A DNA stretch of 64,000 nt from Pseudomonadota bacterium (GCA_043821645.1 JBDRCO010000076.1:32001-96000), one strand, 5' to 3'. Numbered from the stretch's first letter, positions 43,001 to 50,034 are shown. The notes: generated by a model not told the origin, from the letters alone. Numbers and translations: made by a program.

Positions 43001-43340
43001 CGCCCTCAAGTATGCCCGGGAGCGCGTGGACGACCTGCCCACCGGCGAGGCCTGGACTCTGCTGTGGATCAATCGCCTCAACCTGCACCTGATGCGCATG
43101 GTGCGGCCCTGGGTCGACTTCTTCCCGGGCGACGTCGACGTGGGTGCCGAGTGGCGCACCCTGTGGCAGCTCAGCACGGCGACCAGCGAGCAGGGACTGC
43201 TGTTCGAGCTGACCTACGCACCCTACGAGTTCGTGCGCTTTGGCCTGGGCTGGAACTTCACCCGCTTCAGTGACGATGAGTACGCCCGCAACACCGAGGA
43301 TCACTCGGGCTTCTTCTTCAGGGTGGTGGGCCAGTACTGA
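28005..43340 (+). CDS. giant (5111 aa) adhesin-like protein: head domain, 18 DUF11-like repeats, SdrD-B-like domains, 2 OmpA-like domains, probable C-terminal beta-barrel
   Basis: Signal ending AQA; repeats K..D.NGG...PGD.L.Y.....N.G...A..V...D...NQA...SDDP.T; GKVYCDVDGDGFQDPGE; HTD...RARNRRV twice; ends GFFFRVVGQY. Confidence 0.9.
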   Translation: MNMKRSRSWQGMRWMGASLLGASLVLAVPAQATLSGTPPAYVTNYRLWGSAAVTGNTLMYDDGTVNFSLIPGGTDGIINELPPGAEVEAAFLFWSGTFDPVAPNFIPADRDLRFAIPAGPSFNLSVDLLEPGEDPAAATFNQCLSVEEPAYGYMQHFFMCRRDVTYHVRQGGSFLNGAYHVDGVEALAGDCSTDPLCQAKYAGWSLIVVWSAPTQRVRRDVVLFDGFYLFDEEAGPPFSSGVSPFYTLDHFEVGDTPRGSLSMFALEGDEQLGVPPQNLQGCTTCYDFFEVYTEQNAVRTKLSDDVNPPDNVFNGSRSRGGTSPGVDLDTFDVSSILRSGDTFLRFRVGSGDGVEGGELGGGELVLLGYVIVSLDTYAPNLNDTATFKSVAEDTATPGSVLHYTIRVTNQDGSAAAHNVRVRDAIPAGTSYIPGTTRACGSAVGDVGGTTPLATTQGLNIGTLYERPPGTQSCEIKFQVRVNDATAPGTDVVNRATITSDETEPFDRTAVTRIEGVRLATPTKSVLDVNGGDLVPGDVVTYTITLRNDSDAAVAGVDFDDPLPGELENTSVLVVPSGAQNQSSAGRVRVTGISIGPRSSASIVFTGQVRLDVSSGTPVVNQGFVSHSSLPTPLATDDPRTSAPDDPTIINVFFRIDLTRSSKAGVDVNGGAPEPGDLLRYTLTLINSGSISASANVQDDLPFGVTGCTLTYRPPGSTVACYPGGAQGAGQVRGDLVIPAGATRQIVVETRIATSAPAGLRIENLADLTWAEQPGALVQLRSNAFVVVASPVLTTSSKTVEDLDGAPTRPGDMLRYTITILNTGNRDATNLRVTDRVDPNLTDVAPAQGGGYDGTQIVWDSSTTPGLVRLVPGGRITLSFIARVRPGVPDRTVLRNAADLTSAEVTTPVVLRADPVLVRSAPRLVLSKTVLDLNPAPYEPGDRVRYTLTLSNTGDAAATNVVLRDPIDAALENVLPSAGGSVLGSEVVWNASTTAQLARLDVNQSVTLRIDATIRSRVDDGQVVSNQAQVSSSEVTTPVFSDDPALGGIADPTLFTISAHPSLALSKTVVDDNGGSFVPGERVTYTLAIENRGRGAALDVVLSDVFPPQLEDVQATPPPSQQVGNGLQWTSAATPALARIWPGERVEVLVSARIVRPLADGSSVSNQGAVAARGTAAVASDDPGTPAPLDPTVFFVRSIPVLSEFTKAVADDSGDGVYRPGERVTYTLRVRNSGSEDATDVVVRDTLPAQLTAIAAPGGRVSGNLVEFDRTTWPELSRLAPDQDVTLLIQATLRRPLDPATEVRNQASVQAVAVAPELSDDPATEDVDDPTRFVVTSAPDLSSLSKSVLDPSGAPVRPGDGLDYRIVVENRGDADAVAVEIRDAIDSSLTVTAIGSGGRQVGNELVWDASAVPDFARLAPDKRITLTFSARVASPLDNNTRIANQAIAQVTGLPAPVLSDDPATAALDDPTVVFVVSAADLSSSTKQALDLNGQVLTTARPGDTLLYRLTVRNNGDAVARDVVVSDSIDANLTVGAISDGGTLSGGQIRWTSTTVPALAALAPGGQATLSFNVALRSPLDNGLVIANQGSMLVEGAVNPFVTDDPATAEQGDSTRLTVVSAPDLSGLLKTYVDLNGGEVEPGDRIRYEIVLINNGDALAREVVVEDLLDAIALTAISAPQGRLDSGRVIFDASTLPGLSALGVGSSNAIRLGIDAEVVFPLADGTVVSNQATAVARDVVAVASDDPTTAASDDPTRFTVRSVPRLVLRKTLLSPPSRVAPPGGEVRYRLEVENTGTAPATQVVLVDPFAAELGFVAADQGSYDSLSRTWTLNLPTLDARSPPLSIQLDARVLDDVVDGTVVSNQARVQAQGLGDVASDDPQTPVPSDPTLFSVRAIVDLAGSTKTVVDVDGDVVRPGDLLRYTITVFNQGNTAARDVTVIDALPGLLVPDAAATGHIDGQRITWDAASDPRLARVAVGEPVDLVFTARVARDVADGTVLPNQARLGDARAPEAFVTDDPSTPAQLGDPTLVTVHAPALHLEKTVVDENGGTVRPGDVLSYRLRARNTGSVALRGLTLTDPVPEGTAVEALADGAQLQGGAVLWTPASTPRLGQIEAGATVEVGWRARVDARALGGQQIRNQASSSSDDLIDDLLSDDPGTSAPADPTVVEVDARVELSQSQKRAIDPPQPVEPGSEVRFAIEVRNSGTQYAFDVEVRDRIDPAFWASVVAEEGGRLEGDTLVWRASTTPILAELAPGQSVELHLVATVVDVIANGAYVENAASLHERGGTSFTTPPARLQVVSLPGLSASTKTVEDLGGGEVEPGDLLRYRLTVRNAGGEIARAVVLRDAPPAGTRYVPGSTTVEDLPVVDTENVSALVSGLPLGDLAPRTERRVSFAVRVLSDVLRGTVLSNQGFITARDLAEVGTDDPSTPGIIGDPTRVVVGGGPVLVAVLQAAPRLVEAGGVFTLVLGLDNGGSQDARQVRVELPLAEGASVVPGSLTLDGTPLSDAVDGDPGEVLPDRLVFTLPDMASYDSHRFTAQFGATGSVPVLRYQGVVSASNAGAATHTDGDQGTPGEQPTVVVVGEARADLSASQLGGTDLNGGLLEPGDEVRYLIMVANSGSAAAHLTSPQGLNQSLSPWTALIEGSIEGSLPLVFDTERQLLTLARGVDLQPGERLSATLRVRVLDEAVAGTAVESSAVVRGDELDPVPLGPHRLVVGGLQGTARLRGRVYEDIGGVVGRFDRNVDALMDGFQVQLRRPGSSATLGTQVADAEGQYLFAAVPAGGVELVVLSETGALFKTLGLPALAADGEVEQDLLIDPSGVIYDATTGAAVRGAQVFVYVEDDDFDPANDRLAGPDRVAPEQQGQLTNPDGLYRFDVRPGRYRMEIVPAGTAQVFPSILIPPTNDDDGEHPYGSFAITDEQHRVVPAARPDLRGDTHYYLRFDITGVADEVLHNHVPLDPLSSHVSLVKSANHRRLSMGDIVTYSVRYTNRSDLALSVASDGGVAVVDAIPKGFRYLKGSSRLERIEAAGDGSRRRRTLSSSDPAGHRLLVFGPHDLVAHGEYLLRYQLVVAPDAEVGDHENVAVLRTAGGQIDISNRSVARVQVVPDPVFDLGTVVGKVYCDVDGDGFQDPGEAPLGGAVVYVDDGRHAESDLGGKFHFSGLKPGNHLLKLDWRTLPPGSQLTTPERASLYVTRGLPSRLSFGVRCMLAELGPSSVTRAAAAPVEDAGPPPDDRVWITVSGVATQRRVVFDNAEQAVVRVDLGLGLGSDEREFGNVDGPNPSQIDPVSGLNPPLHFYPRVVTAMPVSGWRLALRTTAGDELYAFSGDGLPPEDISWDGRGSATGSVLLQRGGEYRAQLMVTALNGDWGASVPRSFGVGLGESAQLAEGSLTRLDEVDGALFDRRGKPTARLRKALEAVIRELKSQPSLRAVVEVHTDDKAGDRALSLTGAQAERVRELLVQKGVAAERIEIHGRADQQLLVPNMGKRNRARNRRVELRTLVPASRGAPVPHLEYEGQVVVNGVRVEEVEASSAFRHTLRVAVGDIVVVDLTAPSGGRVVLARTYTGEPFAEGPPAITGVQGVQVQGSVAARSLRFDDSERGMALLDLRMTPSNPATGLELGVVDGRLEEPLRLAVRVPQGAALSSWRLRVFRPASATTLHSTAAGGDGSGGDAPVVDVGIDGGRGAGSSLGEAVDAGPAWRSGAIRAFAVPDQGSESAPPDPVGVLVRELTGEGAPPELVEWAGTSDSGQLVLGPGWYGARIELESVDGDRAMSAPLWFKVRGAAVSDTATLKDPFPGERKRLSPRDQRVLRLLVATYRGQAVRYRVSAHTDDSVPRDQAADSTRQWADWVAAALAAEGVAADAIRVAGLGSSEPLVPNIGSRNRARNRRVMVQVMGEDMTAPPPVLPARRQPWIEVNGVALSAPQGSFTTTSYPTRDGVIRVRAVLADLGEATWLYRAPAPEVKAVVPLSVDAGSRSGEDAAALPAPALVAVPGLDDFTPFDPTVLGAPVLVTASAPDGGFPEDGGGGLPMVFVTAPGAVTDPTMAAAEDGGPGRVDAAGIKAAELRVAMPDGVLLRTARFALRGTTHPGNTVQVNGVEVAVDPDSGAFDALVELPEGLSVVKIEAHDGEGNSALVQKQYEVDTTGLFLLGLADTAVAGRGADLPEWSGTNHVKVGGVALYGRGAALLKAHWKGETLFKDYHLTLHLDTARWNEDAFAREYIDPELYYPVYGDSSTEVVDADARYPLYAELKADHSVLRVGNFRTAISGGDLFRYDRARYGMVLHFDEPLLEREGLPPWLDNDLTGYVAGGDAPRRHARVELRGTGGSLYYLAHDNVVEGSERVNILVRDAITGVELMRRPLARNLDYSIRYREGRVLLNLPLSSTVESGMLANQNLSTVVAGHPVALEIEYEHEAQGDFNQIGAGVYGEETVAGHVTVGGGYVFEGRTDERPAFQMAGANLKLAYNARTFVQGEWAWTRAVSMDNFISTDGGLSFDRLGQQPDDPSLLYGRVLFPAEREGHAFKLRGQTALAGLWGASPEDLALSAYFQRMAPGFSTGVSAIEAGQTKYGTEGRWLITSRDTLRLRYDGIWTEIPVVPQITEYRRLHRELASLQYQRRQDDFTITGEYAFAYSWDSGSFGQSAFDMEREVWGNTVAAGVEYDLTRRLVLVGRQEGILTGDPQQLPNWNDHLVTTVGLRYRLLDDLQLSALESVRWSGENATTVGVQTRIDDTTDVYARERFNMRGGSWVSTSVVGASSQVARGIKTFGEYQLDGTVAGSQTRAVMGLSTSWTLMKGLNLQLGYERTQVFGGSGTAPATGLVPAAAITDSYAFAAPGAAGAQAFYAGSGSRDAASAALDFTAHKALKAGLKLELRYDDLDQKRGGQDRLLLLAQGGLTWAWNRDLAVLGRFNLANVENLTLETSEAGLQDISLGVAYRPVDHEWISVLAKYGRRLEHRPLSLLEGSFEEYSADVATLEPILELPWHLQLTEKLALKYARERVDDLPTGEAWTLLWINRLNLHLMRMVRPWVDFFPGDVDVGAEWRTLWQLSTATSEQGLLFELTYAPYEFVRFGLGWNFTRFSDDEYARNTEDHSGFFFRVVGQY

Positions 43341-43586
43341 GCGTCGACCTCGCGGCATCTCCAGGGCCAGGGCATCACCGACACCGCCTTGCGGCATGAC
43401 CAGCACGTGCTGCACGGCGGTGGGTCTGCCTGATATACCGAATCGTGTCGATCGGTCCCGTTGTGGGGGACCCAGGTGTGTCTTTTCTTTAGAATGCGGG
43501 GACAAAGAGACTTGCCGGTGACGGCGGGGCCCCACGATGTGGTCGAATCAACGCGATCTGGTATTACTATGCCGAGGTCATGAGCC

Positions 43587-45560
43587 TTGACAGGGCGAGT
43601 CGTCGACTCCCCCGCAGCAGCGAGCCCCCCAGCGAGGGTGCGGTCTCGAGCAGGTCCGCGCGTGGCCCAGAGCCTTGGTGAGATCATCCTGCGCCTCAAC
43701 CGTATCGACGGGGATGCGGTGGAGGCTGCCGCGCGACATGCGCGCACCGCAGGCATGGATCTCGGCGAAGTCCTGCTGGCGCGTCAGCTGATCAGTGAGG
43801 ATCAACTTCTGGAAGCCGTGGCCGAACATCGAGGTCTGGACTTCCACGCCAGCATCCCGGTCACGTCGCTAGCACCCGGTCTGGCTCACGTTCTGCCACC
43901 GACCAAGGCCATCGAGCTGCACGCCGTACCCATTGCCATGGCGCAGGGCACCCTCATCGTGGCGACCTGCGACAGGAGGCACACCGGCAAGGAGCTGGCA
44001 CTCGGTCGTCTCCTGGGCCAGCCCGTGCAGCTGAGTCTGGCGCCACGCAGGGTCATCGAGCAGACCTTCGACGCGCTGTATTCGGCCGAGCGGCCGGTTC
44101 AGGACGTTCCGGACACAGGTGACGCGTTCAACGCCGACGCTTCGAGCGTGTTTCATGTCGGTCCACATACCCTCGAACAGATGCGGCAGCTGCGTTTTGG
44201 TTTTGGAGGCCAGGATGCCAGTGAGGCCGCGGGGGCTTCGACCCAGGTGGCGAGACGTCGTGGTCTCGCTCCTCCGCATGAGGACGAGGAGCCGCGGACC
44301 CAGCTCGATGGCGAGATTGGCAAGCACATCGAGGCTGAGCTCGACGCCTTCCTGGACGAAAACACCGAACCCATCGCAGAGGACGAACCCGACCTGTTCG
44401 GTCTCAATCCCTCGGCGGTGGTGACGCTGCCGCCCGAGCGCACGCTGGTGCTCACCGTGGACGATGAGTTCCGGGACGACGAGGTGATCTCCGAGGTGCT
44501 CGAGCTCATCGATGTGGTCGAGGAGGGCGAAGCGGGGGCCGCCCCGGAGCCCTCCGTGGGCGTCACGGATGAATGGTACGACACCACGGGCAAGACCGAA
44601 CTCATGCGGAGACCCGAGTTTCCAGGGCTGAGCACAAGTGGCGACGAGGGTGAGGTCTTTGGCGAGTACAGGCTGATCCGTCCCATCGGCAGGGGCGGCA
44701 TGGCCGAGGTCTTCGAGGCCAGACGCACCATGGTGGCGGGGGTCACCCGCACCGTGGCGGTCAAGCGCATCCTGCCCAGTTTCTCCCAGGACGAGGACTT
44801 CGTGACGATGTTCCTCGACGAGGCCAGGATCACTGCCCAGCTCAGTCACCCCGGCATAGGCCAGGTCCTCGATGTGGGCAAGGTCGATGATGATTACTTT
44901 ATTGCCATGGAATACCTGCACGGCCGCAACCTGGAGACCGTGTTCAAGCACTGCGTCGCCACCGGACTGCAGGTGCCCGTGGCTGCCGCGATCTACATCC
45001 TGCGCCAGGTCCTGGACGGGCTGGACTACGCCCACCGCAAACGCGGTGACGACGGCCGTCACCTGCACATCATCCACCGCGATGTGAGTCCGGCCAACGT
45101 GATCTGTTGCTTTGGTGGCGAGGTCAAGCTCATCGACTTTGGCATCGCCCGCGCCGCCAACAAGGTCTCGCAGACGCGCGTTGGCTTGATCAAGGGCAAG
45201 GTCTGCTACATGTCACCGGAGCAGATCCGTGAGCAGCCCATGGATCGCCGCTCGGACATCTTTGCCGCGGGTATCCTGCTGTGGGAATTGCTCGCCGGGC
45301 GGTCCCTGTTTGCCGGCAAGAACGATCGCGAGACCATCGCCAACGTGGCGAGGGTGGTGGTCCCGGCTCTGGGTTCGCTGCGACCTGACCTGCCGTCGGC
45401 CCTGACCACGCTGGTGCACTGGGCCCTGGAGCGAGACCCGGACCAGAGGCCGGAGTGGGCCTCGGACCTGAGCGATGCCCTCGGCAAGGTGGCTCTTGGC
45501 CTCGACGATACCGGCCCCAAGAGCCAGCTTGTCGCCTTCATGCTGGCGCACTTCGCCTGA
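43587..45560 (+). CDS. GspE-N/MshEN-like domain fused to a Hanks-type Ser/Thr kinase
   Basis: LGEVLLARQLISEDQL..; GRGGMAEV, VAVKRI, HRDVSPAN, DFG, YMSPEQ, DIFAAG. Start codon uncertain. Confidence 0.88.
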   Translation: MTGRVVDSPAAASPPARVRSRAGPRVAQSLGEIILRLNRIDGDAVEAAARHARTAGMDLGEVLLARQLISEDQLLEAVAEHRGLDFHASIPVTSLAPGLAHVLPPTKAIELHAVPIAMAQGTLIVATCDRRHTGKELALGRLLGQPVQLSLAPRRVIEQTFDALYSAERPVQDVPDTGDAFNADASSVFHVGPHTLEQMRQLRFGFGGQDASEAAGASTQVARRRGLAPPHEDEEPRTQLDGEIGKHIEAELDAFLDENTEPIAEDEPDLFGLNPSAVVTLPPERTLVLTVDDEFRDDEVISEVLELIDVVEEGEAGAAPEPSVGVTDEWYDTTGKTELMRRPEFPGLSTSGDEGEVFGEYRLIRPIGRGGMAEVFEARRTMVAGVTRTVAVKRILPSFSQDEDFVTMFLDEARITAQLSHPGIGQVLDVGKVDDDYFIAMEYLHGRNLETVFKHCVATGLQVPVAAAIYILRQVLDGLDYAHRKRGDDGRHLHIIHRDVSPANVICCFGGEVKLIDFGIARAANKVSQTRVGLIKGKVCYMSPEQIREQPMDRRSDIFAAGILLWELLAGRSLFAGKNDRETIANVARVVVPALGSLRPDLPSALTTLVHWALERDPDQRPEWASDLSDALGKVALGLDDTGPKSQLVAFMLAHFA

Positions 45561-45657
45561 TCCTGAATCGACGTCCGTGCCTCTGCGGCACGGGTCCAGA
45601 TCCACTGCTTCGCGACCCTGCTTCGCGAACCAAGTACCTGCAACGCGCGCGGTGGGC

Positions 45658-47070
45658 TCACATCTCGTAGCCACCGGCCTGGTCAAAGTCCGACGCGTCG
45701 ACCGAGATGATGCTGTCGAGGTGAAGCAGCGCGGCGGCGGCGTGGCTGAAGCGCGGCTCAGCCACGAGCGAGGTAGCGCCGAGGTCCGGATCGGTGTTGC
45801 CATCGCCGTGCATGCGCATCTGGGCCTGCAGACAGCTCTGTGGCTGGGACATGATGTTGAAGTAGTTGATGCCTCCACCCGTGGTGGTGTCGTGGCCGAG
45901 CTGCAGGGTGTGACCCAGCTCGTGCGCCAGGGTGGTGGCCAGGGCCTCGTCGAGGGTGATGTCTGGCAGCACGGGCTCCACCGGGCGCCCGCAGGCCGGG
46001 TGCAGGGCGTCGATGGCGTCGTAGTACACGAACACGCCGCTCTTCTCGATGTCCGTGGCGTGGGCCACGGTCTCGCCGCCGCGGGCCGTGTCGTCGGTGC
46101 GCCAGCGTGCCACGACCACGTGGATCATCCGGTCGAGGGGGAGGGGAGGGAACCCGCTGTCGACGATCTGCGGGCCATGGCTCGACAGGTAGGTCTGGCG
46201 CTGCGTGAACGATCCATCGAACTCGACGGCGGTCAGGTCCTGCTCATCGCGCACGATGTGGAGCTGCACCCCCTGGCTGCCGTCCACGTTGACCAGGTTC
46301 AGGTCCGCAAACACGCGGCCTGACGCGGCCAGCACCTCGTCGCTCAGATCGCGGCCAGCCATGCTGTCCAGCTCGACCAGCAGATCACGGCGCAGCGGAT
46401 GCGGTGTGCGGGTGACGTCGACGCGGGTGAACCGGGCAGCGGCGAGCTCCTGCAGGTTGGTCAGGCCATCACCATCTGGATCTTCGGCGCCGTCATCGGT
46501 CCCGTCGTTGTCCGTGTCCGCGAGCTGCCAGTCGAGCAGGCTGTCGTCTCCCGCCGCCCACTCCCAGGCGTCGTCGAGACCGTCGCCGTCCGTGTCTTGA
46601 CCCGCGGGCGGTCCGGAATCCGGACTTGCGGTATCGGCCGTGGCAGAATCTGCCGCAGTCGTCGCATCGGGAGTGGTGGTGCCCGCATCCTTCGCGGCGT
46701 CATCCCCGACGCTGGAATCCGGGCTCGATCCGCGATCGGTGGTCGCGCTGGCATCGTGGGGCGCCGTCACATCCGGGGCGGGCGCGGCATCGGTCACGGC
46801 AAGGTCGTGCCTGGCTGCGTCCACGAACGCCGCCGCATCGGCTCGCACATCCAGACCGGGCGCACCGTCTGGCACGACGCGATCTGCCGTACCACCGTCG
46901 ACGTGTTCGCAGTCCTGCGGTGCCGCGTCCGCAGGTGAAGGTCCCGCGTCCGGCTGGTGGACCTGGATTCCCGCCCCAGGAGCGCAGGACACGATCCCTG
47001 CAAGGTACACAGACAGGAGCAGGGGAGGTGCACCGCAGGCAGGTCGGGGTCGAGAGGCACGCACGAGCAT
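45658..47070 (-). CDS. metzincin-like zinc metallopeptidase lipoprotein with Ca-binding DxDxDG repeats
   Basis: IVSC lipobox; DA-rich linker; DTDGDGLDD; HELGHTLQLGH followed by NIMS (Met-turn). Confidence 0.72.
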   Translation of the reverse strand: MLVRASRPRPACGAPPLLLSVYLAGIVSCAPGAGIQVHQPDAGPSPADAAPQDCEHVDGGTADRVVPDGAPGLDVRADAAAFVDAARHDLAVTDAAPAPDVTAPHDASATTDRGSSPDSSVGDDAAKDAGTTTPDATTAADSATADTASPDSGPPAGQDTDGDGLDDAWEWAAGDDSLLDWQLADTDNDGTDDGAEDPDGDGLTNLQELAAARFTRVDVTRTPHPLRRDLLVELDSMAGRDLSDEVLAASGRVFADLNLVNVDGSQGVQLHIVRDEQDLTAVEFDGSFTQRQTYLSSHGPQIVDSGFPPLPLDRMIHVVVARWRTDDTARGGETVAHATDIEKSGVFVYYDAIDALHPACGRPVEPVLPDITLDEALATTLAHELGHTLQLGHDTTTGGGINYFNIMSQPQSCLQAQMRMHGDGNTDPDLGATSLVAEPRFSHAAAALLHLDSIISVDASDFDQAGGYEM

Positions 47071-47164
47071 GCTGTATTCCTAGCAGCTCGGCCGCCCCTG
47101 TCGCCACTGCCCCGAGGGTGGCAACCCGGCACTGCTCCGAACCGCGACGAGATATACTTGAGCG

Positions 47165-49279
47165 GTGAACGCAGCGCTGCATCGCCAGACGGATGGGCAG
47201 CTCCCAAGTTCCCTGGCTCACCTCGCCAGGCGTGCGTTCGTCTGCGCGACCTGTGGACTCGTGCTGAGCTCGGTCTCGTGTTTTCGGGGAGGTTTTTGGT
47301 CCTCGCGGACACAGGTGCAGAGCAGCGATGCAGCGGCAGGTGACGATGGTGGACTGCGCGACGTCGGCAGCCAGGATGGTGCGGGTGTGCTGGACGGAAG
47401 CCAGGGACCCGACGCAGCCATGGCAGACACCGCCCGTGCACCCCAGGTCGAGATCCGGGCACCCAACAACGGCAGCAACCTGACGACGCACCAGGCGGTG
47501 GTCACCGTGTCCGGGACTTGCTCCACGGATGTGGTGGCCTTGTCCGTCGGCCTGGGAGTGCTGGAGGATGCCGACTGCAGCGACGGCACCTGGTCGCTGC
47601 AACCCTACGCGATGGACTATCCTCCGCGGCCACACGACTTTGCGATCACGGCCACCAACGCGGCCGGAGCCCAGGCCAGCGACAGCCAGCGCATCACCTA
47701 CGCTTACGTCAGGCTGGAGGGTGGATCCGCTCATGTTCACCACCGCCAGAATCCTGCGCGCGTGTCCGGCTCCTGCGCGGACCTGGTGGTTGGCGTGGAT
47801 TTCAGCGATGGCACCGTGGTGGATGCCGACTGCAGCGACGGCGCCATCGAGGTGGAGCTTGATTTCCCGTCGGGGGAAGGCAGCTACCCGCTGGTGGCTT
47901 CGGCCCGCGACGCCCAGGGGCGCGAAGAGAGCGTGACCCTGCAGGTCCACTACGACATCACAGCCCCCGATGCGGTGACCTTGGTCGAGACCTTTCCGCC
48001 ATCGCCCTCGCAAGACAACTTTCCGCGGGTGCGTGGTGACGCCGAGGCCGAGGCCAGCGTTCAGCTTTTCGCGGACGCGGTATGCAGCGTGGCTTTGACC
48101 GGTACCACGGCAAGCTGGGACCACAGCTTCTGGACCACGGGGCTCCGCATCGCCGTGCTCGACGCGAGCACCACCCACATCCACGCCCGGGCGCGGGATC
48201 TGGCGGGCAACCTCTCCCCTTGCAGCACAGCCGTCTTCGAGTACACGGATGCGTCGCCGGGCAGCCTGCCACCCTGCGACCTGCTGGTGGGAGCCGACAT
48301 GACCTTCGCCAGCCTGCAACAGATCCTGGATGACACCGAGCTGCACCGCGACCTGTATCTGGCGGATGGAGTCGTGACCCTGTGCCTGGGCAGCGGTGTG
48401 GTGGTGAGTACGACAGGGAGAGCCGAGGGAGAGCGTCTCGAGATTCCCGGCGACGACTTCCGTCTGCTCGCGCCTGCAGGCCGAGCGACCCTTCACAACC
48501 TGCGCGACGATGCATTTCCGAGCTCGGAAGAGGCGAGGGGTGTGCTGAACGTGCAAGGTCGGCTGAACTTCGCCATGGCGGGCCTGGACCTGGTCAGCGA
48601 CGGAGATGGCGGTGTCGCCTTGCGCATCGAGGATTCGAGCGTGGCCTTCCTGCGCAACCTGGGCCTACGCGGGAGCGACCAGGGAGGCACTGCGCTGCGC
48701 TTGCCGGTGGAGACCTCCACGGTCTGGTTGGCCGAGCTGAGCGGCAGCACCTTGCAGGGAAGTACGGCCTTCCACACTCGCAACCTGAGCCTGCGCCGCA
48801 TCGCGCAGACGGGTTTCCGTTTTCATGGCGGTATCGGGATCGATCTGCAGAACTCCAGCATCCTGGTCAGCGAGATCCTGGACTCCGTGGTCTCGTCGGA
48901 TCATCCGACCCAGGGGGGCACGGGTATTCGTCTGTGGTCCGCCAATCGCAGTGTCTCCATCCAGCGCCTGTCCGGGTGCACCGTTCGCCGCGGTCCCGAC
49001 GCCACGGTCACGGATGGTCGCGCCCTGGCCTTCTCGAACTACCCAGGCGATGCGACCTATGTGCGCACCCAGAATGTCGTCGACAATACCTTCTGCTGGG
49101 CCGGGACTGGGGAGTGGGCCGTCCTGCTGGATACCGCAGGTTTGCCCACCACTCCCTACGACTCTCAACGCAACAGCGAGACCAACGGGGCGGCCAGCTT
49201 TCCCTGGGGCGATGCTTCGGATGGTGCCGATAATCCCGGCTCCAATGTGCAGGCTCTGTGGGGTGGTCCCTGCCCGTGA
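47165..49279 (+). CDS. surface lipoprotein with Ig-like domains and probable beta-helix
   Basis: SVSC lipobox-like; repeated SG.C..D...DADCSDG; ARDLAGN; G..I.L-type beta-helix repeats. Confidence 0.65.
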   Translation: MNAALHRQTDGQLPSSLAHLARRAFVCATCGLVLSSVSCFRGGFWSSRTQVQSSDAAAGDDGGLRDVGSQDGAGVLDGSQGPDAAMADTARAPQVEIRAPNNGSNLTTHQAVVTVSGTCSTDVVALSVGLGVLEDADCSDGTWSLQPYAMDYPPRPHDFAITATNAAGAQASDSQRITYAYVRLEGGSAHVHHRQNPARVSGSCADLVVGVDFSDGTVVDADCSDGAIEVELDFPSGEGSYPLVASARDAQGREESVTLQVHYDITAPDAVTLVETFPPSPSQDNFPRVRGDAEAEASVQLFADAVCSVALTGTTASWDHSFWTTGLRIAVLDASTTHIHARARDLAGNLSPCSTAVFEYTDASPGSLPPCDLLVGADMTFASLQQILDDTELHRDLYLADGVVTLCLGSGVVVSTTGRAEGERLEIPGDDFRLLAPAGRATLHNLRDDAFPSSEEARGVLNVQGRLNFAMAGLDLVSDGDGGVALRIEDSSVAFLRNLGLRGSDQGGTALRLPVETSTVWLAELSGSTLQGSTAFHTRNLSLRRIAQTGFRFHGGIGIDLQNSSILVSEILDSVVSSDHPTQGGTGIRLWSANRSVSIQRLSGCTVRRGPDATVTDGRALAFSNYPGDATYVRTQNVVDNTFCWAGTGEWAVLLDTAGLPTTPYDSQRNSETNGAASFPWGDASDGADNPGSNVQALWGGPCP

Positions 49280-49316
49280 CGTCGTGAAACCGAGCCCATG
49301 CGGCGCGGAGACCAGC

Positions 49317-49967
49317 TCAGTGGCCCTGGCGGGTGAGATGCTCTGCCTGCCAGGCTTCGATGCGATCGCTGTACACCTCGGCCAGGGTCGCCAGCATCTC
49401 CTCGAAGGGAAGGTCGGCATAGGTGCCCCGGTCGCGCACGTACTCGATGAAGGGATGTCCCTGCGGATCCACTGGATGGAACATGGCATCGTTGCTGCCG
49501 TCGAGTTCCACGGGCAGCACTCCGGCGCGACGTGACACCTCGGGGTCGAAGGCTGGGGTGGCCTTGACCCAGCGCCCGTCGAGAAAGAACTCCACGTAGC
49601 CGTGGAACACGAACAGGTTGGTCCCCATGAGCGCCAGCATCTTGGGAGACGCCTTGTGGTTGCGCACGTCGGCGAAGCCCAGGCGAGTGGGGATGCCGAG
49701 CGCCCTGGCCAGGGCTGCCAGGAGCAGGGCCTTCTGCACGCAGTGACCTCGACGACTTTCCAGCACGGCGCTGGCGCGATAGCTCGGTCTGTCGGCGATG
49801 GCCACGTAGGGGTCGTAGCGCACGTTGTCGCGAACCCAGTCGAACAGGGTCACCGCGGTGGCTTGTGGCGTGCTTTGTTTCAAGGACTCGGCCAGGCGCT
49901 GGATCGAGGGTTCGCCGCAGTCCAGAAACTCCGTCGCTGCGAGATAGATGTCGAGGTCATTGGACAC
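49317..49967 (-). CDS. transglutaminase-like superfamily protein
   Basis: GHCVQKA, LGIPTRLGFADVRNH, FHGYVE, WVKATPAFD; GGAGG before GTG 49967. Confidence 0.9.
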   Translation of the reverse strand: MSNDLDIYLAATEFLDCGEPSIQRLAESLKQSTPQATAVTLFDWVRDNVRYDPYVAIADRPSYRASAVLESRRGHCVQKALLLAALARALGIPTRLGFADVRNHKASPKMLALMGTNLFVFHGYVEFFLDGRWVKATPAFDPEVSRRAGVLPVELDGSNDAMFHPVDPQGHPFIEYVRDRGTYADLPFEEMLATLAEVYSDRIEAWQAEHLTRQGH

Positions 49968-50034
49968 GTGGCCTCCTGCGTCCCCCTCGGGGGGGCAACA
50001 TAGCACGTGGCATCGGGATTGCCCTGTCGCCGCG

